Source of the DNA: Utricularia gibba
Taxonomy: Eukaryota > Plantae > Magnoliophyta
DNA: 64,000 bases
Direction: 5' to 3'
NCBI GenBank assembly: GCA_002189035.1
Contig: CM007990.1
Span: 5,332,001-5,396,000, forward strand
The notes below the pieces were generated by a model. The model was not told the DNA's origin. It saw only the letters and a program-made list of their open reading frames with translations, and made no database searches. Of the stretch, positions 35,699 through 46,624 are shown piece after piece (position 1 is the stretch's first letter; the number at the start of each line of letters is the position of its first letter). The position numbers and the translations under genes are program-made.

Positions 35699-35737
35699 GA
35701 CACGTCCGGCCACTTCGACACGACAACGCGCGTGTCC
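35699..35737. promoter_or_regulatory. ABRE plus CE3-like coupling element
   Basis: GACACGT (reverse of ACGTGTC) at 35699-35705 and CGCGTGTCC at 35729-35737 in a CpG-rich island. Motif match only. Confidence 0.35.
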
Positions 35738-36607
35738 GAATCGTGACTTGTTTCGTCCTCCGTGGACCCCACCCCCCAGAAAACTTGCCCCCGTCCCGTC
35801 ATTGTTGTAGTCCGAGTTCAGAATTTATACAATTCATAATTCCATCCAAAATAAATTTTCATACAAATAAAAAATACTATAAATTATTGAAATATTCTCT
35901 ATTTTCATTTGATCCAAGAAAAATAAAATTTCAGTCAAAATAACCAAACTTGTGAGGATTAGCTCATTTAGAATGGATCTCATTGGTCTAAGAAAATCTG
36001 ATTATAAAATGAAGATTGGAGATCTTATATTTAACTTCAAAGAATGTGTGTGTGACGAATGCGATATAAATGTTATGATATCTTATAAACCGTAAATATT
36101 CTCGTCGAACATAGTATACCATTTCGAAACTCATTCAAGAGCTAGATAAATTTAAAATATTAGATAATCTATTTTTATGTAGTTATTCTTTTTGGAAAAT
36201 AGGTTATTTCCAAATTGTAGAAGAATAGGAGGGGAGATGTGACAATGAGAAACGATCCACCGCGTGGGGAGGCAGAGTAGAGAATCCGGCCCCTACCACA
36301 CTATTCAGTGGCGTGCACCTAGACTTAGACAACACCACCGACACCAGATTAATGCTCTCTAACATATCATTGTCAATTCCTTTGTCAACTGTTAATTATC
36401 ACCATCATTATTTCTTAAAATAAATGTTTTATAAAACGGCACAATGGAAAGAGCCCATCGGAAAATCAACTTCAATCGCGCCAATACAATAAATCCGAAA
36501 AGGGAAACTATAAAATATATAATATTAATAATCATAATATGTTTTTTTTAAATGTTATACAATTTACAACAATAATTCGGAAATGAGAATTATATATGAA
36601 ATGTAGA

Positions 36608-37465
36608 CTACGGGAGGAAATTAAGCGACGATTGATCGGTATCCGTCCATGGAGGCTGACTCCAGTAGGCGGGATCAACGGCGGCCGTCAGATCGAACAA
36701 CCCCTGATCTTCACCTCCGCCGCTGGAGGCCCACTCCGGCGCGGCGGAGATATCACCGCAGTTCAGTTCTCCCTCTATTTCCGGCAGCTTGATCTCTTCC
36801 ACCGCTTGATTGCAACTCTCAAATGTAGTAGTGGTAGTAGTAGAATCGTGGAGGGCTTCCGGATACGACGTCGTTGGGCAGGGTACCACGCCGTACACCA
36901 TCATTTCCGACGCCGGAGCCGGCTCCATCAAGCTGGCGTACCCGCCTATTTCGGAGGGAAAGATCTGGGCATCGGATGGATGAGTAACCAACGGCTGTCG
37001 ATTGTCGAAGCTAGGGTTAGCGTTAAAAAACGAGGAATCTGGGAAATCATACACCGCGGCTGAAATAGACGCCGCCTTAGTCGCCGCCGAGGGTTCCTCG
37101 ACGACGGCGGAGGAAGAGCTGGCCGCGATTGTGTGATTATTAGAGCTGTCCGTACTGCTTGTGCTCTGAGTTCGCTCTCTCGCCGCTCCTCTCCTCTGAT
37201 TGGCGCGCTTCGTCTTCCGGCAGCCGCCTCCGATTGGGACGTTGCGTAAAACGCCCCCCTTCGTCCAGTACCGCCGACAGTTTTTGCAAAAGTGGCGAGG
37301 CTGAGAGAGATTGTAGTTGTTATAGTAACAAAACTTTGTGTTCTGCGAGTCGCACCGTGGGCACTTCAAGGCCTGGAGATGGTTGTTAGGGTGGTTGTGA
37401 GCCCGCATCCGACGATCCCCCCCGCCGAGAAACGGGCCACCGCCGACAGCATGTATGTCTTGCAT
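36608..37465 (-). CDS. DOF5.4: Dof zinc-finger transcription factor, OBP4/DOF5.4-like, intronless
   Basis: MQDIH...[11 protein letters not shown]-terminus typical of OBP4; Dof domain [37 protein letters not shown]. Confidence 0.93.
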   Translation of the reverse strand: MQDIHAVGGGPFLGGGDRRMRAHNHPNNHLQALKCPRCDSQNTKFCYYNNYNLSQPRHFCKNCRRYWTKGGVLRNVPIGGGCRKTKRANQRRGAARERTQSTSSTDSSNNHTIAASSSSAVVEEPSAATKAASISAAVYDFPDSSFFNANPSFDNRQPLVTHPSDAQIFPSEIGGYASLMEPAPASEMMVYGVVPCPTTSYPEALHDSTTTTTTFESCNQAVEEIKLPEIEGELNCGDISAAPEWASSGGGEDQGLFDLTAAVDPAYWSQPPWTDTDQSSLNFLP

Positions 37466-37743
37466 TTCTAGAATACCTTTTCAGAGAAAACCAACGCAAA
37501 CGGAAGAGGGATCTCCCAAATTCCGATGAAGTCAAAGATCAGACGATTCTCCCGACGACTCCTCCGGAACAGCACACGGCGGTGGTTATGGCGGAACTAA
37601 GCTTGAGAGAGATTTCTCATCACTTCTCTCTGACAGAAACAAATATCCCCCACCAAATCTTCCCGTCCAAGTATTTCTACATCGCCATGATTACCCCTAT
37701 GGAGACGGATACCCTGAAATGACTCTAATACCCCTTGCACACG

Positions 37744-37770
37744 CCCCCCCCCCCCCCCCCCGGGGGCCCC
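37744..37770. repeat. C18 homopolymer followed by GGGGGCCCC, upstream of the Dof gene
   Basis: C at 37744-37761, G at 37762-37766, C at 37767-37770. Confidence 0.8.
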
Positions 37771-39315
37771 TACGCTTCCTTTTATTATTCTCAATGCATT
37801 TTATTTTCATACACACGAATAAATTAAACACTGAATTAACAAACCCGAATATTAAAAAAATACATAAAATGAATTAATTAATCAGTATCCACGTCCAGGT
37901 GCATGCGCATCCAACTAAATCCGTACACTGCAAGTTAATTACGTAATTAAGATTATTATAAAGCATGCCATGCGGGGCACGTCCAAGCCGCATGTGCATT
38001 TTTGCCAATTAAAAAAACAAATCATCGATATCGTGTTTTTAATAATTATTAATAGTACTTATATTAATTTAAAAATATAAATATATCATTAGGTAAACTA
38101 ATTGACATTTATTTTATCTTTACTATAATAAGAATAACCGGTTCGAGACGGCACCCACAGTCGGTCCACTATTGACTCGTCTGCGGACATGGCGGCCTCA
38201 CCCTCGGCCACGTGGACACCTTAAGCACGCATTAAGAACGCTTAATCATCCATTTCCCGAGCGAAATCACGCTTAGTTGTGTCATTTACAGAGGGTGATT
38301 AATAGGGACGGGAAAAAGGATTAGGGTTAGTTGGTATAAATAATTATTTAATTAATGAGTTGAATTTGGTAGGTTAGGATTAGGTAATTAATTTGGTTAT
38401 TTGAGTAAGCCGGCGCAATTATTTCTGATTGGTTGTTTTGTTTTTTACCGCGGTAAATTGAAATTATTTTATTATTATTATGGGGGAGAGTAAATGGGGG
38501 ATAATGAAACAAAAGATTCCCATCACGGGGGTGTAGCTGCAGGACATCTCCATCCCTGGGGATCGCACGAAGATTTGCCATTCAATTCCTTAATAATTTT
38601 AAGGTAAATTTCGTAGGTGGTCCACGTAAATCATAATTTCTCATAATGAGCATGTTTTTCATACCATGTAGTTTCTTGAAAATTACTGGATTCTGATAAA
38701 AATATAAATTAAAATTATGAAATTTAAAATAAAATGGAATTTGCGAATTTTGATTTAAAATGCAGTTAGTATGGTTTTAAATTGTATAGTAGATGTTCAA
38801 GTAAAATATTTAGCGTATGTTCTGTATTAAGAATTTACTATAGTGATTAATTTCATAAATTATTGAATTAATTGAATTTTTATTTTAATGATTAAATGAG
38901 ATATTAATTAAAAAATTGTAATATTTAATTTTAATTTACTTTAAATATATATTCACACATAATATTAATTTTTACAATAATTTAATACAATAATTTTTAT
39001 AATATATATTAAAAAATAATTTTATGATGTTAAAATTGATTTTATTTACATAATCTCAAAATTAATTATATTATACATAATGGGAAGTACAATTTCAAAC
39101 TACGTAACAGTCTTATTTTCTTATGTTTTACAAAAACATATATAGACTATTTAAAATCGTTTAAAACCAACTTAAAATTACACAATTTATTTAAAATAAG
39201 CATATACCGAACGTAAAATTATCTTAAATTAATTTATTATAAGTATGATGGAAAATGCGTAATTTATTTTTTTACAAATATTTTTAAAAAATACTAATGA
39301 GATGGGTGCCTTTGG

Positions 39316-39418
39316 GGCCCAATAATGGCCCAGAAATTCTCCATTGGTCTCATTATCATGCCGTGGCTTTTTTGGGCCAGCTGTGATTTCCCAAAAGAAA
39401 ATGTATGGCCGAAGCCCA
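39316..39418. promoter_or_regulatory. Site II (TGGGCY) cluster, promoter of the BSD gene
   Basis: GGCCCA 39316, GGCCCA 39327, TGGGCC 39373, AGCCCA 39413, all 180-290 bp upstream of the ATG at 39602. Confidence 0.6.
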
Positions 39419-39601
39419 ACATAGTATGGTCTTGGGATTATTATTAATTTGTATTCAGGTTTGACTTCGTTAGAATCTTATTAATTTATGTAATTCGATT
39501 AGTGATTAGGTTTAGGTGCTAATTGAAAGCTAAGCGCAAAAAATTGAATTCCTTGCTTCCCCTCTGAGTTTCATGGTAGATTGACGCTGACTCAGGAGGA
39601 C

Positions 39602-41225
39602 ATGGATTTCTGGCTCAAAGCTCGGAGTTTCGTGGAGGAGACCGCGAAGAAGTCGCAGGAGCTGACTCAGGGCATCACCGCTGCCAAGTTATCCGATGTC
39701 GTGTCGGAGGCGTCGAAGAAGTCCAAGGAGTTGGCGGCGGAGGCGTCCACTTTGTCCAAGGAACTCGCGGCAGATGCGCTGAAGCGAGCTGATCAGATCA
39801 AGGCAAATATTCCGCCGGTGCTGAATAAATTCGTCGATTCATCGCCGAAAGAGGGTCCCGATGTTGCTGATCTGGAGAAGTTCGGTGTCACGGATGAGTT
39901 GCGGGAGTTTGTGAAGGGACTTACGACTAATATTTTCCAGGATTTCCCGCTTGACGGTATGCGTAGTAATGCCGTGATCTGCTTGTGCTTCTTGTTCCTG
40001 ATTAGGAATTGGATCATTTTGAGTAGTGTTTTGTGTGTCTCTACGTGTAGGCGATGCGGACGTCTCAGAAGTTCCAACAATATCAAATGTTAGGCAGGAT
40101 CTTTCAGAGTGGCAAGCAATACATGCTAATCTTGTTCTCACCACTGTAAAGGTCCGATCACCATCTGTGTTTTGATGAGGAGTTGTGCTAGCGTAGTGAA
40201 TTGTTTGATCGTGATCTGGACATGGAAACCTCGAAGGCTCTCATTTTCTGCTTATCTCATCAGTGCTATCGTTGTTTCATCGCATGGTTAGTTCGTAGAG
40301 CGTAACAATAATCCTTCTAATTGTGCGCATAGTCATTTTTCTGCCAGGAAATTGCAAAGCTCAGGTATCAGTTGTGCCCACGTGTGATGAAAGAACGAAG
40401 GTTTTGGAAGACATACTTTATCCTCGTTAACACTCACGTGGCTCCGTAGGTCTTCATTTCTTCCGAAATTTTGTTTTTTGGATGGACTGTTGTTTCATTT
40501 TCCTATATACACTGCAACATTAATTGCGTCCGTTGTATTATTTTGATGTCTCTATGGATGCTCATCTCTTCTTTGTTTTGTGCTTGTGAACTGTGGAAGT
40601 TTCCAAATGCATGTCCTTGTGTACCTATTCTGTGATTTGGCTTAGTATTTGTGGCATTTAAAATTGAGTGTTTCTAGCTTAAGCTTGCATCGGCAACTCG
40701 ATTTTGGTTACTATGGTTTGCGGTGGTGTTTCTACCACATATCTTGGAGGAGTTTATAGATTTTGATGGATATGGCTTATACTAACTGTAAAAGATTCTG
40801 AAATACAAAAATATCCCTCTGCAAAAATGGCACTTTCTTACGCTGCATCATGGCTTTACATGTGTATTTGCATGAATCTAACTAAACCATTTTCTTTCAG
40901 ATACGAAAAAAGGTATATGGAAAGCTTAAAGAACAATTCATCTGACAAGGTGGAAGCAGCTGAGATTAAGCGAACTTCCTCCGGAGAGAGACCTGAACAA
41001 GTTAGTGGGATATCGGATCCCAAAAATGAGAAGGCAAAGTCAAAATCCTCTGAGCAAGACTTGGACGTATTTCTACTTGGGGACCATGATGACCTTGATC
41101 ATGGGCCAGGTAACGTGACTTTGTTAATTTAACTGTCTTCTATGCAATTTGTCTTCTTCAACTTGTGTTTCCTCTTTCCAGATGATGGAAGTGATGACAT
41201 TGATGATGATTTTGAGAAACTATAG
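39602..41225 (+). CDS. BSD domain-containing protein, 5 coding exons
   Basis: Exons 39602-39956, 40051-40151, 40348-40445, 40901-41109, 41182-41225. BSD core LSEWQAIHANLVLTTVKEIAKLRYQLCPRVMKERRFWKTYF; acidic C-terminus. Confidence 0.88.
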
Positions 41226-43955
41226 CCTGGTAAGTGCGCCAGCTATTCCTCTCAGCATCATATACACATTTCCAACACCATCTATCTCCTTGAAAGTCAC
41301 TGATGCCCCACTTGGGAGTTACAAGTAGTCTATGTTCGATTTGGTGTTGGTTTTGCAAATGTCGGTGCTCGATTTTCGTCTCATCCTTTTGACATGCGTC
41401 TAGTTTACATATCCACATCCTTGGAAAGTCTGGTTTGTCTTTCAGCTCACATATCCACATCCTTGCAGTGTGAGAGAGCATGCTAATGTCTGCAGCTGAT
41501 GTCCCAAGTTGAACACCACCACGCCTCCATTGTCGCTACTTCGCTTATGCAACAAGTGGTACTCCCATGTCCCTTCAACCCACAACAATGATCCCTTTTC
41601 TTGTCCTTAATTTCTGTATCACTGAACAACGCTTCCATGTGTTCGAAATTGTGTTTTAAAAATGGGTGGTTGGTTGGTTGGTTTAATCATGAATTGGGTT
41701 GAATTCCTTGTATAATAGTATGCATCCGGTTCAATACTTTTTTAATTATACTTAGAAAAATATAAATTATTGTTTAAATGGTCTGAATCATTCTCGGGTT
41801 TCTTCAGATGTTTGATGCAGTCGTTTTAAATGTATGAAAATGTTGAAATTGATCAGTTCATGAACAAAGCCCGGACGTCCGCACTAGCAGCAGGTAACGG
41901 GCCCCAAAAGCCCATTATTTAATGGGCCTTAAAGTCATATCTTAAAATTACCACTTCCCGGCCCGTCACATGGCGCATAATCAACCAATGGTAGCACAGT
42001 ACATGAATTTCATCGTGTAGGCATCTGCATAGCATGATTCCATCTTTCTTTTGGAGGGAAAAGTTAGAACTTAGAGTCTCGTAACATTCCCATACATACG
42101 ATGAGAATTATGTTCATTTGATATGCTCTTCAAAACATACGTGATTTGTAAAACAATTGCTTAATCAATACAATACATTAATAAAATACAATAAAACATA
42201 ATGAGTTTAATTTAAATATACAAATAAACGTACCTAATAATAAAGCAGTTATGAGAAGGGTCAGTGCATTCCCCTTGTTGATTATGCGCCTAACTCGTGG
42301 TCATTAAATGCAATCCCCTTCCCCTTGATTATGCACCTGCATCTGTCCATTATTTAGCTTCATTTAATACAGTTAAAAAATATTAATAATAATGACGATG
42401 AAGCGTTCCTTCTTTTTTTTTTAATTAAAAAAGGGGAAAAAAAGAAAAGAAAAGGCGTCAATTTCATCCATCGGGTGTGTGATGGATTCAGGAACAAAGT
42501 CCAACAATCATGCGCAATACTTTAACATATGGTAGGCGACATCTGGCGAAAACGACGCCGTTGTGAAGCGCACTCATCGCGACAAATCGTTCCGGCCACT
42601 AGATGGAATGGAATCCCCCACATCTCAAATTCTAGGGCAGCAGCGACATCCAACTGCAACTCCAATATTATAAAGTAATTTTCCCCCGAACGGAGTTTTC
42701 GGTGGCGATGGTACTAGCCTTACCTGCCTATCTACTATAATGCCTTCGGAATTGCGCACAATCAATGGCGATTGGATTGGATTGTGTTCGCGCACATGCG
42801 GAAACGGCAGGCAGCCGGCAGAGGGCAATGCGGATGCTGTTCGCGGCTGCCGCCATCTATCTTCCTCGTAGCCTCGACTCCATCAAATGAATGGAGGCCC
42901 GGTTCTACCCCCTGATTCCGATTCCATCTGGTACTTTTCTCTCCCCCTATCCTCGATATCTCCACGCGGATTAAAAAATAAAAAAAATCTTTTTAGAAAT
43001 TGTAATTATATATATGCTCGTATTAATTAAATTAGAAAATTCCACACCATGGTTTTGTATCTTTTTGTGTGACTTGTGTTGCATTAAAATAATTAAATTT
43101 GTATGGAAGAATAATCAATAAGTATAAGAAAAGACGTATTGTCATAAAATTTATTTGTAAAAAGAAATTGATTCCCAAAAATTATTTCTTCAAAGCATAG
43201 AAATCTTCTCTTACTTTGAAAAATTCGCGTGAAATTATTATTAGGGTTTATTTAGTAAATTGAAGGTGTAGTTTTGGATAGGTGAAGTAGGATTTTGGAA
43301 CTTTATTTACCTGACAAAAAACATTGAATTGGATTGATTTATCCGGCTGCGCGTCCGTGTCGAGTGGCGTATCGGTGGGGATCCCATCAAACTTTATTTG
43401 TTGTTATTTATTTATTTTTTATAAAATTGTAGAGGAGGAGGTGGATGAGTGAGCCAAAGCGTTTCACGTAGTGCTTGCATCCTGGGTCCGGGGGGCGTTG
43501 TGGGGGGATACAGCGCTTGATGATGACAGCCTAAAGCCCACAGCTTTCTCTCTTTGATTTCTCTTCTTCCGTGCGAGAGCATTGTTCCACTAACCGACGA
43601 CGCGCATTCCCACCTTCTTTTGTTGTTTTCTCGACCGCGCCTTGCGCCGGGCCGTAGCTTCCAGTACATACCCAGATCTCGATTTCTATTCTTGGGTTCC
43701 TTGGAATCGAGCGAATTTTGAGTTTCCTGAGTGGGTTTTTCTGTTTTCTTTGGGTTTTTTTTTGTGGCTAGGGGGAGATTTGAGAATCTGAATCTCGTGT
43801 TGTATTGCCGACATCCCAGATTTGCAGCTGGGGGCTGAATTCATCTGTTGTTCTTCGGGGAAAAGATTAGGTTTGGGTGGTGATATGGAGGCTCCCAAAG
43901 TATTTGACTTGTTCTGAATTCGCTGGTGAATGTGTGTGTCATACGGAAGTAGGGG

Positions 43956-46079
43956 ATGAAGAGGTGGGATACAATGGCGCTAAAATCGCCGGTGTTTGGT
44001 AGGGAAAGATTGGAGAAGCTCAGAGGGAGTGGAATGGTCTCAAGGTCGCGGGTGAAGCTGTGGATGATAAGGGCTGCAACTTCCGTTTTGCTGTGGACTT
44101 GCCTGGTACAGTTGACGGCGATGAGCGAAACCTGGGGTCCTCGTGTACTCAAAGGTTGGCCTTCTTGCTTTTCCCAAGAATCCGCAGCCGTCGCCTTGGA
44201 TGTCCGTGAGGTTCCTGTTAGAGTTCTTCCACCCAAGAGTGCGTCTCTTTTCACCTACTCCAATTTCCGATGCTATGAACTGATCCTTTTTCTAATAGCT
44301 GCGTACTTCAATTGCTCTCTTTAGGGGTCTACAAGAACAATGGTTACCTCATGGTGTCATGTAACGGAGGCCTTAATCAGATGCGAGCTGCGGTGCGTCT
44401 TTCTGCTCTATCATGATCTGCGTGCTATTTCTGGTTTCAGGTTTCTTGGTTAAGATTTTCATCTTGCTTTGGTTACAGATATGTGACATGGTAGCGATTG
44501 CTAGGCACCTGAATGTTACTCTGATCGTTCCCGAGCTTGACAAAACATCTTTCTGGAATGATCCAAGGTCTGTTTTTCTAGTCACGATCATTACTGATGC
44601 CTGGAAATGGTTGCAGCATATTGAATGAGTTCATGAACTTTCTGCAGTGAGTTCGACCAAATATTCGATGTTGATCACTTCATCACGTCCTTGAGAGACG
44701 AAATTCGAATACTCAAGGAGCTTCCCTCTCGTGTTAAGAGGCGAGTAGAGCTAGGAATGTACTACACCATGGCTCCCATCAGCTGGTCCGATATTTCTTA
44801 TTATCAAAATCAGGTTGAAAAGAAGTTCACTTGCAATGTGTATTTCTGTTGATTGCTCGTGCATCTGAAGCTCAGTTTTTATTTTTCGAGTGCAGATTCT
44901 TCCTCTGATTCAGAAATATAAAGTTGTCCTTCTGAACCGAACTGATGCTCGTCTTGCCAACAATGATCAGCCAATGGAGGTTCAGAGGCTCCGATGCCGA
45001 GTGAACTTCGAAGCCTTGAAGTTCACTCCCCAGATAGAAGATTTGGGTAGGAAAGTTATCCAGAGATTGAGGAAAAATGGTCCTTTTGTGGTCCTCCATC
45101 TCAGATATGAGATGGACATGCTTGCATTCTCAGGTTGTACTCACGGCTGCAACAAAGACGAGGTGGAAGAACTAACCAAAATGAGGTAGGCCTGATAATG
45201 CGAAACCATGGTGTTCGGATTGCACAACAGCTAACATACGCTATTTCTTCACTTCAAGATATGCCTACCCCTGGTGGAAGGAGAAGATAATCGACTCTGA
45301 CATGAAAAGGAGGGAAGGTCTTTGCCCGTTAACACCCGAGGAGACTGCTGTCACATTACGAGCATTGGATATTGATCCAAGCATCCAAATTTACATAGCT
45401 GCAGGAGAAATATATGGTGGGGAGCGAAGACTCAGAACTCTTACTGCTTCCTATCCAAATCTGGTCAGTTGATAACATGATTTCAGCAGAGTTATCTGAA
45501 TTGCACAAAGTTTTAACCTGCCTCTTCTTGTATGCACGTGGTACATGAACAGGTGAGGAAGGAGACTTTACTGGCTCCCTCAGATCTTGGCTTCTTTCAG
45601 AACCACTCATCCCAAATGGCAGCTCTGGACTACCTTGTTTCTCTCGAGAGCGATATCTTCATCCCCACGTATGATGGGAATATGGCTAAAGTCGTCGAAG
45701 GACACCGCAGGTAGGTGTAGTGTACATGTCATTAGAAAAGTTGAATCTTTATCCATCCCCCACATCCACAACTTCATCCGGCTTCCTCCATCTTGCAACG
45801 ATGATCAGGTTCCTGGGGTTCAAGAAGACCATTCTACTCGACCGGAGATTGCTCGTCGATTTGATCGACAAGTACCGATCAGGGCTCCTCGGTTGGGATG
45901 AATTCTCAGCTGAGGTTAAGCGCACTCATGCTGATCGCATGGGGAATCCAGTTGAGCGCCTGGGGATCCCCGACCGCCCCAAGGAAGAAGACTACTTCTA
46001 CGCCAACCCGGTGGAGTGTTTGCAGCCGGTGAGTGAAGATGATCAACTGCCCTCCAACACCTATAGCAGCAGCATCTGA
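43956..46079 (+). CDS. RRT1: GT106 / O-fucosyltransferase family, rhamnogalacturonan-I rhamnosyltransferase RRT1-like, 8 exons
   Basis: Exons 43956-44238, 44325-44392, 44479-44567, 44648-44813, 44896-45185, 45259-45463, 45553-45710, 45809-46079. KLWMIRA...[48 protein letters not shown]. Symbol marks the clade, not a proven ortholog. Confidence 0.9.
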
Positions 46080-46624
46080 AGCCTCAGAATTCATCTGGCC
46101 TGTGGATTGGTTGCTAATTGAAGGAAGCATTCTCCATGAAGTTAGTTCACTAGCCAATTTTTGTCTTTCGTGTACCAAAATCGTTCCCTTGAATAATACA
46201 ATACGTGTATAAAAAAATGCTACTATAAATTTTTTTTTACAATTAGGGAATAATCAATAGGCAACCGCAGTTTTGTAGGCTGAATTATGAGATGCGAATG
46301 AATAAATAACCATCTACCATCTAACAGCACATCTATGCACATTAATGCTTGAGGGTATCACTGCAAAATAATGCTAATCTGATTGGCGCTCTAGCATCCT
46401 TTGTATGTATGCACTCAACAGTATTACATGAAATTTCTTCTTATATTGCACGTAAATCTTCTTGACATCAACAGTACAGGTGCCTGGATATGATACACCA
46501 AAAAACATGCATACAACTAATAAGTACGTGTACACTAACCTTGTTGGCCATTGCCTTTCTGCTTTGCACTCCGTGGGAAAAAATAGCGATGGAGGAACTC
46601 ATGCAGATTGTGGAAACCGTACCA

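Noticed and set aside
36596-37063. 155-aa plus-strand ORF
   Set aside because: Antisense shadow of the GC-rich Dof CDS.
38640-39300. Very AT-rich stretch as a possible MITE
   Set aside because: No terminal inverted repeats or target-site duplication seen.
43538-43549. 12-nt match to miR396 (CCACAGCTTTCT)
   Set aside because: Partial sense match with no hairpin partner; expected by chance.
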